A stretch of DNA of 64,000 bases from Azolla caroliniana. Taxonomy: Eukaryota > Plantae > Polypodiophyta. Positions within the stretch are counted from its first letter, which is position 1. Each line of letters opens with the position of its first letter. The translations under genes were made by a program, and so were the position numbers. The stretch lies in contig JBHGNT010000017.1 in assembly GCA_043228905.1 (NCBI GenBank), positions 4,588,001 through 4,652,000 of the forward strand, given 5' to 3'. Shown piece by piece: positions 38,886 to 49,796 of this stretch. Under the pieces are notes generated by a model. That model saw only the letters and a list, made by a program, of their open reading frames with translations, was not told the DNA's origin and did not search any database.

Positions 38886-39826
38886 GCGAGCGTCTATGTG
38901 CAATATGAGAATGTAAAGCTATTAGAGTTTAGTCCACATGCACTCGGTCTTTGACTTGTAGCAAGCATCCCATGGTTTCACACCGAAACCTATGAGCAAT
39001 GGTAACTCAGCATTTTCAATGTATCATGCTTCAGCTTTATCCAAATTTTCAACAATTCAATGGCTGATGTAGAGCACTACTGTAGTCACATGGGATAAGT
39101 AAACCCAACAAACAAAACTCTAACCTCATGTGATGTACAGTTTTGATACCAGGTGTATATGTTGCAGTTGATATAAAAAGACGCATACCTGAACAAGGGA
39201 TGATGATGTTGACCTTGTGGTGGATGTGAACGGCAAGCGAATGTGGATGCACTAATGATGGCTCTTGAAGTCAACAGCCCAGCCCTCCATTTAAAATTAA
39301 GAGATAATGGAGCAACAAATAGCATCAAACACTGTATCACTCCATGATTCCTAGACTTTCGCAACTGACTTGGGAAGATGATGCATTGTGTTGCTAATGC
39401 ACTTCTGAGTTAATATCCATAAAGTTATCATGTTAAAAGAACTTCAGATCTGGTAGCTTCTCAAACTTTAATGCTCTCTTCCCTCCTCGATCTCCTGGTT
39501 GAAAACGCAAAACAAATCTGAGTAGTGCTATCAAAAGCAACAAGGGAATGATGCCATGAACATTGAACAAAAATATCCACTATCACTTTTAGCTATTGGT
39601 TAACTTTTGCATTCGTGGGTAAAGTCAAGAGTTGGTTCCGTGTGAACCAAGAGGTCATAGGATGGCCAAGGGGTTGTGCACCATGATGAGTGAGTATGGG
39701 AAGGTATGGTTAGCTGAAGGGGATAGGAGTAGCTTAGGAAAGATATTGAAACAACATATGATACTTGAGGTATGGAATGTACAAATATATCTTACCTGAT
39801 ACTAATATTGCAGGGTATTTTGCACA

Positions 39827-41569
39827 CTATTTCCTTTCTTCTTTTGATGCCGCATATTTCAATCTCATGACTTCAACCCTTTCGGCATCGTCTAGCATGC
39901 CAGCAGCTGCAAAAATATTTGCAATAAGGACATAAGCTGCAGCACAGCATACATCTCGTTGCATTGCCTGATCAAAAGCTAACCTTCCCAGCCTTACATT
40001 TCCCCATTTTTTACAAGCACGTAACAATGCAAGCCAAGCAACAAGATAATCAACCGATGGTATCACCTTAATAATCGACATCGCCTTGTCAAAATTCCCT
40101 GCATATGCATAAGCCACTAGCATGCATGTGTGATGCTCTAAGTTTGGAGCAACTCCATACTTTCTGATCATATTTTCAAATAGCATTTCAGCCTTATCCA
40201 GTAGTCCTGAATTGCAGCATGCACTCAAAACACATGTGAAAGTAACCAAGTTTGGAGAGAGGCCCTCACTTTCCATTCGTTCGAGGCATGTCAAAGCTTG
40301 AAGACCTTGACCTTGCTGAGCATACCCTCCAATTAGCGTAGACCAAGAGATAACATCTCGAATAGGAATTTCTTCTAGCACCTTCTGTGCTTTTGCAAGC
40401 ATACCACATTTGGCATACATGTCCACGAGAGCATTTCCGAGAGGTGTATCAGTCTTGAATGAGCTCTTACTCTTCATAATCTCACTATGAATCCATGTGC
40501 CTTTATCAACAGCTCCGATCTTGCCACAAGCCTTTAATATGCAAATGAAAGTTATTAGAGTGGGAGATATTCCCTCTCTTTGCATCTGTTCCAAACATTT
40601 TAGTGATTCATGACATTGCCCTCTTTCAGCATACCCCGCAATCAGTGTGTTCCAAGCCACTTCATTTCTTCTTGGAAGCTCTTTGAGCACTTGTTGTGCT
40701 TTTTCCATCCTCCCACATTTCACATACATATCCACCAATGCCGAGCCGAGAACAATATTCGTCTCCAATAAACCTTGATTCACAATAATATCATGTACAC
40801 TTTGCCCCTTATCTATGGCCCTTATGTTACCACATGCTCTCAAGATACAAATGAAGGTTATAGCATTTGGAAAGAATCCTTCTCTTTCCATACGACCAAA
40901 ACAATCTAATGCTTCATGGCTTTTTCCTTGCTTAACATACCCAGAAATCAATGCAGACCAAGAAACTACATCTCGAACGGGAAACTCTAAAAGCACCTCT
41001 CGTGCTTTCCCAAGCAAACCACATTTGGCATACATATCAACCACAGCGGTGCTAAGAACAATATCTTTCACCAATAAACCCCTACTCACAATCTCAGCAT
41101 GTATCTTTTTACCTTTATCTAGATCTCTAGTTTTGCCACATGCCTTCAAGGCACACGTGAAAGTGATCACATCTGGAGAGATACCTTCATTTAGCATGGA
41201 TTCAAAGCAGTTCAATGCACTATACACTTTACCTTGATTGGTATACCCTGCAATAAGTGCATTCCAGGAAACCACATTCCTAATTGGAAGCTCTTCTAGA
41301 ACTTTTTGTGCTTTCGCTAACATGCCACATTTAGTGTACATTGTGATTAAAGCAGTAGCCAAATATAGGTTCTTTTCAAGTAAGCCCTTTCGTACAATCT
41401 CGGCATGTAGTCGGGTGCCTTCACAAACACTCTTCTTTCTTATACAATCTTTAAGCAAGTTCATAAGGGTAAAACCTACCTTTTGCCCTGCCATTTTAGT
41501 CTCTTCTTCTTCACCATCATCTTTAAAGAAAACAACATCCTTTTGCGCTCCATTTGATGAGACACTCAT
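39827..41569 (-). CDS. PLS-class pentatricopeptide repeat protein with E domain, no DYW (putative organellar RNA-editing specificity factor)
   Basis: 580-aa intronless ORF with repeated P-L-S triplets (ALVDMYAKCG..AQKVLEELP.RDVVSWxALIxGY..PxxITFxCILKACG). It ends in P2-L2-S2 (PNLEHHTCM) and an E domain (WLALLRACKKWGN..AAYVLIANIFAAAG). Confidence 0.93.
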   Translation of the reverse strand: MSVSSNGAQKDVVFFKDDGEEEETKMAGQKVGFTLMNLLKDCIRKKSVCEGTRLHAEIVRKGLLEKNLYLATALITMYTKCGMLAKAQKVLEELPIRNVVSWNALIAGYTNQGKVYSALNCFESMLNEGISPDVITFTCALKACGKTRDLDKGKKIHAEIVSRGLLVKDIVLSTAVVDMYAKCGLLGKAREVLLEFPVRDVVSWSALISGYVKQGKSHEALDCFGRMEREGFFPNAITFICILRACGNIRAIDKGQSVHDIIVNQGLLETNIVLGSALVDMYVKCGRMEKAQQVLKELPRRNEVAWNTLIAGYAERGQCHESLKCLEQMQREGISPTLITFICILKACGKIGAVDKGTWIHSEIMKSKSSFKTDTPLGNALVDMYAKCGMLAKAQKVLEEIPIRDVISWSTLIGGYAQQGQGLQALTCLERMESEGLSPNLVTFTCVLSACCNSGLLDKAEMLFENMIRKYGVAPNLEHHTCMLVAYAYAGNFDKAMSIIKVIPSVDYLVAWLALLRACKKWGNVRLGRLAFDQAMQRDVCCAAAYVLIANIFAAAGMLDDAERVEVMRLKYAASKEERK

Positions 41570-43510
41570 TGCTTCTTCATTTTCTTCTCCAAGATCTTCT
41601 TAGTAAAATCCATTAGATTTCACGAACAGTTTCGATGGGCTTCCACAAAGCCGTTCCCTTAACAAAGATGTCACATGTGTTTTGCTGGGGTGTCAATGTT
41701 TTATGTGTGTATATATGTTGTCATAGAGAAATATAGCACAAGTTTGAACTAAATCAGTGAAAACAGAAAAAGAAAAAAAACCCCGCTAGCTTATGGGCAA
41801 TTTCTTTCTTAAATATGATCATCATCACCATCTTCTGCTACTAATTTGCGAATCAAAATTTGATCTAACAAGTGAAAACCAGGGGGGAACAAAGACATTT
41901 ACTAGTTTTGGACTGAACCACTTTACAAATTGCCACCACATCCATCAAAGCGAGAAGGAGGAAGAACCGCATGATTCGACTCTCTAGGAACCCATTTCCA
42001 TTCGAGAAGAGGAGAGAACCATGTTTCAAATCAATACATATGGAAGTCGAGATTTGAACCCAAGACCTTGAGAAAGGTAAGCCGCCCATTACGATTTTTT
42101 AAAACAAAAAGAGAAGAGATAATAGAAATACAAAAAAGAATGAAAGCAACTTGTATGTTTTGTTGGGGGGGAGGGGGGGCGGGTTTATCGCCTCGTGACC
42201 ACCATGCAATGCCACTCATTAAAAAAACAAGGCATGTGATAGTTTGGAGGGTTTAGATAGACCATGACCATGCAATGCTGCTCATTGGAAAAACAAGGCG
42301 CGATAGTTTGGAGGGTTTTGATAGACAATTTCAACCGAACCCTAATCTCATACATATAAAATAAGCGAGGGCTAAGAGTAGAGGGCATCATCATCCGTGT
42401 ACATCATCAATGTTGAGAAGGCCATCCGTTGTAACGTGTGTGGCCACTAGTCCCTAGGATATATATGATGTGCCCAACATAGCGAGACATCTAACCAACC
42501 ATGACCACAAAGAAAGGGCCCGATGTATATATATGCTACATCATTAGGGCGGACAATTGATGCATTGACAATGTCTTTTGGAGAATTCCATTACCTGCAA
42601 CGCAACGAGCATAACTATCAATAGGCTATACACATTCAACGAGCATATACGATGCCACACTGTATATGATTCCAAGCATGATAAAGAGATTGTGAAAGTA
42701 TTGGCCTTCTATACACATTACGTCAAGAAGACTTTATATGTTCCCATGCATGATTGCCCATGTATATTCACAAGGTTACTTTGCCAATTGCACGTGTGTA
42801 TAACATTTGATCAGGCACACAACTCTTGAAATATATGGTTCTACAATTTTACGAGATTGATGTTGTCAAAACAAAACCGCCACATGCAACAAATGTTATC
42901 GGGTGCTTTTACCTCATTGCATGTGGAAGTTATGGTCATAGAACCCAATGACAACCAAGATAATGTCTTTGTTCGACTAGTTTTTGCACTACTCGTTGCC
43001 TAACAGGTCATTCCTTTTGCTTCTAGATGATTCAACACCTCTCGTTAAATCCCACAATCCACAATTCTACTCGACATACGATCGAAGGCTCAAGCAAGAT
43101 TCAAATGATGAGAAAAATTGGAGCCAATAGTGAGTGAGAAATTCGAAACCGTGAAAAAAGAAGAAGCCTTCTTAGCAGCACATCGAGAAACGAACTAGGA
43201 ATGCATATCGAATGGGATTTTTTTTTTTTTTGCCTTTATTTTCCCGAATGCCCAGGTTCTCTCCTCACTTCCCCGCCCGATTGCCTTCAAAACTAATTTC
43301 TTCTTTGTGTACATATCTTCCCTGGATATATGCTACCCCCTGGTTTTCTTTAATTCCCCAGATGCCCTCCTTCATTCATCCCTGGTTTTCTTTAATTCTC
43401 CAGATGCCCTTCTTCATTCATAGCCATGGCGCTTCTTGCTATATGCTCAATTGCAGGTCTCTCCTCCTCCTCCTCCTCCTCCTCCTGAGAGTCGTCTCAC
43501 CACGATCACG

Positions 43511-46500
43511 ATGAGGTTGCCCCCCCCTCTGCACGCTCAGAACCGTGTGATCAGCAGCGCCGCTCAATCCAAGCCATCCACCCCTGCTCCTTGGCTCCTG
43601 GTGGGCCTCGGCAATCCAGGCAAGCTGTACCAAGGGACTCGCCACAATGTAAGTGCTCCATCTCCATATCTCTGTCTGTGTGTGCGTGTGCGTGTGCGTG
43701 TCAAAGAGAGAGAGAGGGGGGGGGGGGGGGGGGAAGACATAGAGAGAGAGAAATAGAGAGTTTCATACAATGGATAGTAGCGATGCCTAGACTGATGCAT
43801 TGGTCGAGGGTGAAAGTGTGAAGTTTTTGTTTTCCTAGAATGTTGTTGGACAGTGGGTTAGGTTGTCCAACATGATGCCGGAAGTTCACGGGCTGTGTTG
43901 GCAAGGTTGTTCACCGGATACCAGAAGGTCACACAGAGACGTCATGTCTTGAAGGCTGGTGAACCAGGTTTCCTATACCTCCTGGATATATAATCATACT
44001 TAATGTATCTTTCTTGCCTATTCTTGTGTTCCCCTTTTGAAGAATTGGTAGCACATGAACCAGGGAAAGATTGGTTACTTTATAGCAAATAATTTATACT
44101 CGTGTTGCACATCAGCGACATCCGTCATAAGTTGATTGAAGATAGATCTTGATTAGTGGTGGAGGTATTCCTTACATGGCAAATTACCCAGCGTATATGA
44201 TGATATCATCATCTGGGATGCAGGATGACAACCATATTTTCCATTCTTGTGACACAGTTAAAATAGTGGGTGGGTTTCCTTTGGCTGGCAAAGGGTGGTT
44301 TACTTTGGCGACAGTGTTTAAAATGCTGGCACATTTAAGATGGAACATGGTTTTTCTATACAGTGATTGAAGAGGATGCCAGCATAGATTGCTTACATGC
44401 CCAGTTGCTAGAGCCATTTGAGTTGTTTATGTTGTGACTTTAGGCATCATCAACTGAAATTTTTTATCACACTTTCAGTGTGTTTTTTACCCAGGGGAGC
44501 CAGAGCTTTACCCTCCCCATTGTATAAGGTTGTGTTTGTCAACCTTAGGTCAGGTCTATGTTACAATTACAGTCTGAGTTATGGGCTCTTGTTTGATGCT
44601 CTCCATGGAGTTTTTTACCACGTCAGATATGTAGGTTGACGGAAAATTTGATTTTGGCAGTTTTCCCAACTATTCCGTGGGCATGTTGATCTCTGAGGAT
44701 TTGCTGTTATGTCAGCTTAGTGGAAAAACCCTTAGAGGGTTTACCTTGCCATAAGATAATCCTCACTATCGTGATAAAGGACACCAAAGGATATTTGTAC
44801 TGCCATGTCAATTTGATATCTGCACTACCTATATAAAAAAGAAGAAGAAAGAGAGAAGTTCCCAAATATTGTGGGTGGATTATACTTGATTGTTAATATT
44901 GCGGATTGGGAAGGCAAGCCACTTTCCCTGATGTAAACGAGTTAGAGTGTGTGAGAGAGAGAATAGAAATTCATGTGCTCAATGAATCCACAGATTCTAC
45001 ACTGTCACCAAATAAATCAGTGTAAATTAGTGAGATTCAAACCATGCTGCAAGGGTTAATAAGCATATGGCTTACTACTAGAGTACAAACTAAATATGAG
45101 AAAAGAGAAGGAGACGATTACCTAACAATTGATTTCTTTTTAAAAGGTTGGTTTTGAGATGATTGATGCATTTGCTGAGGCTGAAGGTATCAGATTAACT
45201 ACAACTCAGCATAAGGCAATAATTGGAAAGGGTATTCTTCAATATGGATCCCTAATTCGATTTTCTATTTTGTTGTTGTGCTTCCTTTTCAAGTATATTT
45301 CCTGCAGGTGAAATTGGTACCTCACAAGTTCTCCTTGCGAAACCACAGACATTCATGAATTTATCTGGAGAATCTGTGAGACTCTAAACTCGAATCTGTA
45401 AAGATATCCATCAGAACTTTTCTTCAATAAAGCATATAATCTAAGGAATGGTGTGGGCGATGGGTCTTCTGGGATCTGTTTTGTACATTACAAATAGAAG
45501 GAAATATGTACAATGAGGACATAGCTGAATATGCTATAAAAGAAAATTTCTTCTTTATAGTGTTTTGCATTGAAACATCTTATTTTCACTTGTTGCTTTG
45601 CAAATGTTTTTCTCTGTTTTTTCATAAAAAATATACATCTGAAAGCACTTGAAAATTTGTCTTAAGAATGGTGTTATGGCAGTGAGTGCAGAACAGAAAG
45701 CTTACAGAGAGTGCTTGTTGACAAATCTAAGCGAGAATTTTTTATGAAGCTTCCCAGATTTATTAGCACCCCGACCAAGTATTTGCCTCATTGAGTAGAC
45801 CCAGAGAGTATGGAAAATGTAAGGCTAGAGATATTCTCTCAAATGCAAAAAAAGGCATATAATAGTTTCTTGTATTGCTAGACAACTTTAGATTTACTTG
45901 TGAAAAGAAAGTCTTGTTTCTGCTGAAGGACAGGCCAGATGCAATACTCCCTAGTGTGGTCGTCAATTAATACGTGGTTGACAGGACAGATGCAATATTC
46001 TCTAGTGTGGCCATCGATTACTACATGGTTTACATTATGAAGATATTTGGTTAAAAATCAAACCAGCCTGCAATATTATTGAATACATGTTGATAAAAAC
46101 GTGCTTTCTCTTATGAAGGTTGGGCCACTTGCAGGATACTACAGAATACCAATCCAACAAATTCTTGTGGTATGCTACTGATACTAAGCTTTCACCTTTA
46201 TACTTGGGTCAGTATGTTTTGTGGGAAGAGCAATGCTAGAAAGACGACATAATATTATTATTAGCCAAATATATAATGCTAAATGAAACTATTCTTGAAA
46301 CTTACATGTTTATCTTTTTGTATCCTCAAGATTTTTGATGATATGGATTTAGATTTTGGTACCATGCGATTGCTTCCGAAAGGGGGACATGGTGGTCACA
46401 ATGGGTAATATTCCAACAATCTATTTGTAGTATGCTTGTGAATAATATAGTTTTAGATTTTTTTTTACATAATTTCTAATTGCTTTTTTTAACAAATGTT

Positions 46501-47278
46501 AAGTACACTGAATCTGAATGAGCATATTTCATTTTAGAAAATATTTATAGGGATAGCTAAGAGGACCTTATGAGGCCCGTAAAAGCTCACATCACATCTA
46601 TGGATATGTATTATGTGTTATATATACATACATATTTATGGGATACATATATACATATACACACAGTGATAAAATTTAAATGTATAAATAGATATATTTG
46701 TGTATATATAAATAGATATATGCATATGTAACATACATATATATACATAGAGAGAAAAATGGCTTTCAATATGTCATGCAAAAATTTATAATGTCGTCTT
46801 TTAAGCCATTCTCATTTCTTCTGTGCATCAAGCACTGTGATTCAGGATGAGGAGTGTGTCACAACATCTTAAAGGAAGTCGTGACTTTCCTAGGCTGAAA
46901 ATTGGTATGTACTAGTACATGTTGAAACATTTAGAGTTTGTAGTCAGAACTGAAGACATGGGGTTTTCCTTCTAGGTATTGGCCGACCACCTGGAAAAAT
47001 GGATCCAGCATCTTTCGTTATTCGAAAGTTCACTGCAGCTGAAAGAGTGGAGGTATATTTACATATACATGCCCATCATTTTCAAATACTTCTGTCTTTC
47101 TTTCTATACCAAAAGAAATTTTTATCTGACCTAGGTTTTGTATCCTTTTCAGATGGATATGACAATTGCTCGTGGTCTGGATATTATTCGAGATGTAATG
47201 ATAAAGGGCTTGGAGAAGGCTTGCAGCACAAGTAATGAGCCTCGCAAAAACCAATCTAAAGCAAGTGAATCTGTATAA
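43511..47278 (+). CDS. PTH: Organellar peptidyl-tRNA hydrolase (PTH/CRS2 family); start codon uncertain
   Basis: Exons 43511-43648 (WLLVGLGNPGK..TRHN), 45147-45231 (VGF), 45308-45375 (KPQTFMNLSGES), 46119-46169, 46331-46404 (FDDMDL..GGHGGHNG), 46846-46904, 46976-47052 (GIGRPPG) and 47153-47278. Equivalents of the catalytic N10/H20/D93/H113 residues are present. Confidence 0.93.
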
Positions 47279-48179
47279 AAAAATTCCACATAGCTTTTGT
47301 TATGGTTTATGTGATACTCATTATATTTTCGATGGAGATAGTGGGGTGTGCTAGGGGGTGTGCATATAAAATGTAATCATCTACATATTGTTTTGGGGAT
47401 TCATTCTTATCTCGTCTAATGTTTGACTTGAGCTGAGTGCTAGTAAGGGCCTGTGAATAATCATTATTTATCGGCAGATACGGGTGCATGAAAGTACTCA
47501 CATATTGCTTGTGTAACTTTTTACTTTATAGAAACTATTTTTTATTTTGCCAAGCAATTTACTCGATCCTGTGCTGGTGATCAGCATAATTGTGCTTAAA
47601 GTTCAAATATTTAGCTGATAGTATGCATGCAAATGTACCATGATAATAATGTACATGTCTATTTGGGATGTTTATTCTTATTACAGGTGCTTGGTTCTGC
47701 ATTTTCATTAGGGAAGGCTATTTTAGATGACACATTTCCCCTAATGTTTTATATCATTCTGAAATGAAGAAACTGATACTCTTTTAACCATTGATGATCT
47801 CTGGACTTCACAAACATTAAATATAGAATAAGCGCATAGAAACCATGATAGATTCTTGCAGAAGGATTGTTCACACTTTGAATTGTGAAATATTATTGGA
47901 AGCTCATTGTGCAAAGGATTCATAAAAAGTGATATGGGAAGTGTTAAGGTGGGGCAATGGTTCCTGGGTTGGTTGTGTCCTTATAATTCTTACAATCTAT
48001 CTTGAGGTGCTTGTTCTTGGATCACAACCTGAAGTGATTCTGATTATTGGTGTGAAGGCATCTCAGGGCCAAGGCATATATGATTATATTAAACTAAATA
48101 ATTGTGTGTTTAACAGCCAAAGAATTGAGCATTATATTTATTTAGAGTTAGAAATTTGCAACATGAAAGTTATGGAAAC

Positions 48180-48816
48180 TGTTAGATATAATCAATGGTC
48201 AGCCCCAAGTTGTAAATCTATCCCCATATGAGCTCTTAGAGTGCACATTTTGTGATAGTGTCCCAAATGAGGAGCGGCTAGTGTGCAACTCGACCATATG
48301 GGTCGATAAGGTGTTAGTCTAGGAAACCGTAGATGCATAGGACACAATGGATTTAGGAAAGAGCGAAATAGGTAATAGGATTGGCTAATCAAGTTGACTA
48401 GAATATTTTGTGGGCAAGTTACAATGTACTTAGTCTTGAAGTATGTGCCATTGACTTCAAGATAAGTACTATCTAGCACTAGCCTCTATCTAGGTAGTTG
48501 GATCATATTAAATGACAAGTCCGTTGACAGAAAAGGAATATCTTCACTATTATCAATTGACATGCACATTTAATGTTTCACTCAGACCAAATAGAGAATA
48601 TAATCCACTCTCTTACACAGTGGCGTATTGATCATTAGTCCCCACTAATTTTGTAGTGAGCTGGTCCAGATCCCATCTAAGCGCTAAGGTGTGAGCGCAT
48701 GGGTGAACTACCATTGTGAGCTACTCTCATATGTAATAGAAGTTTTGTTTTCATATATCCATCTCTATGGTTGTAACTCTATATACCTATCTAATCGATT
48801 CTCAATATTTCTAACA
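48180..48816. mobile_element. Solo LTR (~637 bp)
   Basis: Starts TGTTAGA and ends TCTAACA (perfect 7-bp inverted termini, TG..CA). Flanked by a 4-bp direct repeat AAAC (48176-48179 / 48817-48820). No internal coding sequence. Confidence 0.65.
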
Positions 48817-49313
48817 AAACCCATGTGGCATAGTCATAGGTAGTGTCCAACAACAGGTATAGTATCTAAAGTTAAATCTGGATCTTGTGAAATTTGAGTG
48901 TTTCCAAGAACTAAAAAAGTTTTAATGAACTGTGAGAAGAACATAGAATGTTGAGTTTATTGGAGAAGAGCATTAAACATTGTGTTCTTAGTTGGGGTTT
49001 CTATAATGAAAATCTTAGCACCATATTTATGAGTAACTTGACGCTATAACTCAAGCTGTAGTAACATGCAAAACTAAACAAACAAAAAAGAGTAGGAACC
49101 TTTGGCTTGTGAATTTACAATGCTGATTCAAAGGTTGGTATGCTAATATAGTCATTACCTTGTTCTGCATTTATTTCTCTTCATTCAGTTTGCATGGCAC
49201 AATATTAGTCATATTTGTGGTATTGCCAAACCTTCCTTTTATAATTGCATAAGTGGTACGATGTATTAGTATATAGAAGTTATGTAGAAATCTGACCTTA
49301 TGAATTTAAAGTA

Positions 49314-49611
49314 GGGAAAAGTACCAGGATACCCCTGGAAGTTTGTCTATTTACCAGAATGCCCCTGAAAGTTTCAAATTTACCAAACTACTCCTATGTC
49401 CAAAAAATTACACTTTATAAAGTAATTATATACACTCAAATCTACAAGCCCTATTTACGAAAGATAGTAGCCCTATTTACCAAAGATTTGAGTGTATAAT
49501 TACTTTATAAAGTGTAATTTTTCGGACATAGGGGTAGTTTGGTAAATTTGGAACTTTTAGGGGCATTCTGGGAAATAGACTAATTTCCAAGGGTATCCTG
49601 GTACTTTTCCC
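49314..49611. mobile_element. Mutator-type fold-back MITE (298 bp)
   Basis: ~130-bp terminal inverted repeats (GGGAAAAGTACCAGGATACCC.. / ..GGGTATCCTGGTACTTTTCCC). A perfect 9-bp TSD TTTAAAGTA sits at 49305-49313 and 49612-49620. Confidence 0.93.
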
Positions 49612-49796
49612 TTTAAAGTAAATAGACTAACTCTCGTCGCTCGTCGCACATTCACATTCTCGTTCTCTTTCTCTCTCTCTCATCCTAATCTTTGTAGGAA
49701 CATATACAAGAGATACACCAGATGTACAAAGACATATATTGAGACAACACAAACATACAAGAAGAGGCCAGTAGCCTGGTATAGTATATTATTAAG

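Noticed and set aside
40815-41603. Plus-strand ORFs opposite the PPR gene
   Set aside because: They are antisense shadows of a long coding sequence, with no independent support.
45232-45307. GTATTCTT donor as a U12 intron in PTH
   Set aside because: It mismatches the strict GTATCCTT consensus, lacks a CCTTAAC branch site and has a normal polypyrimidine tract.
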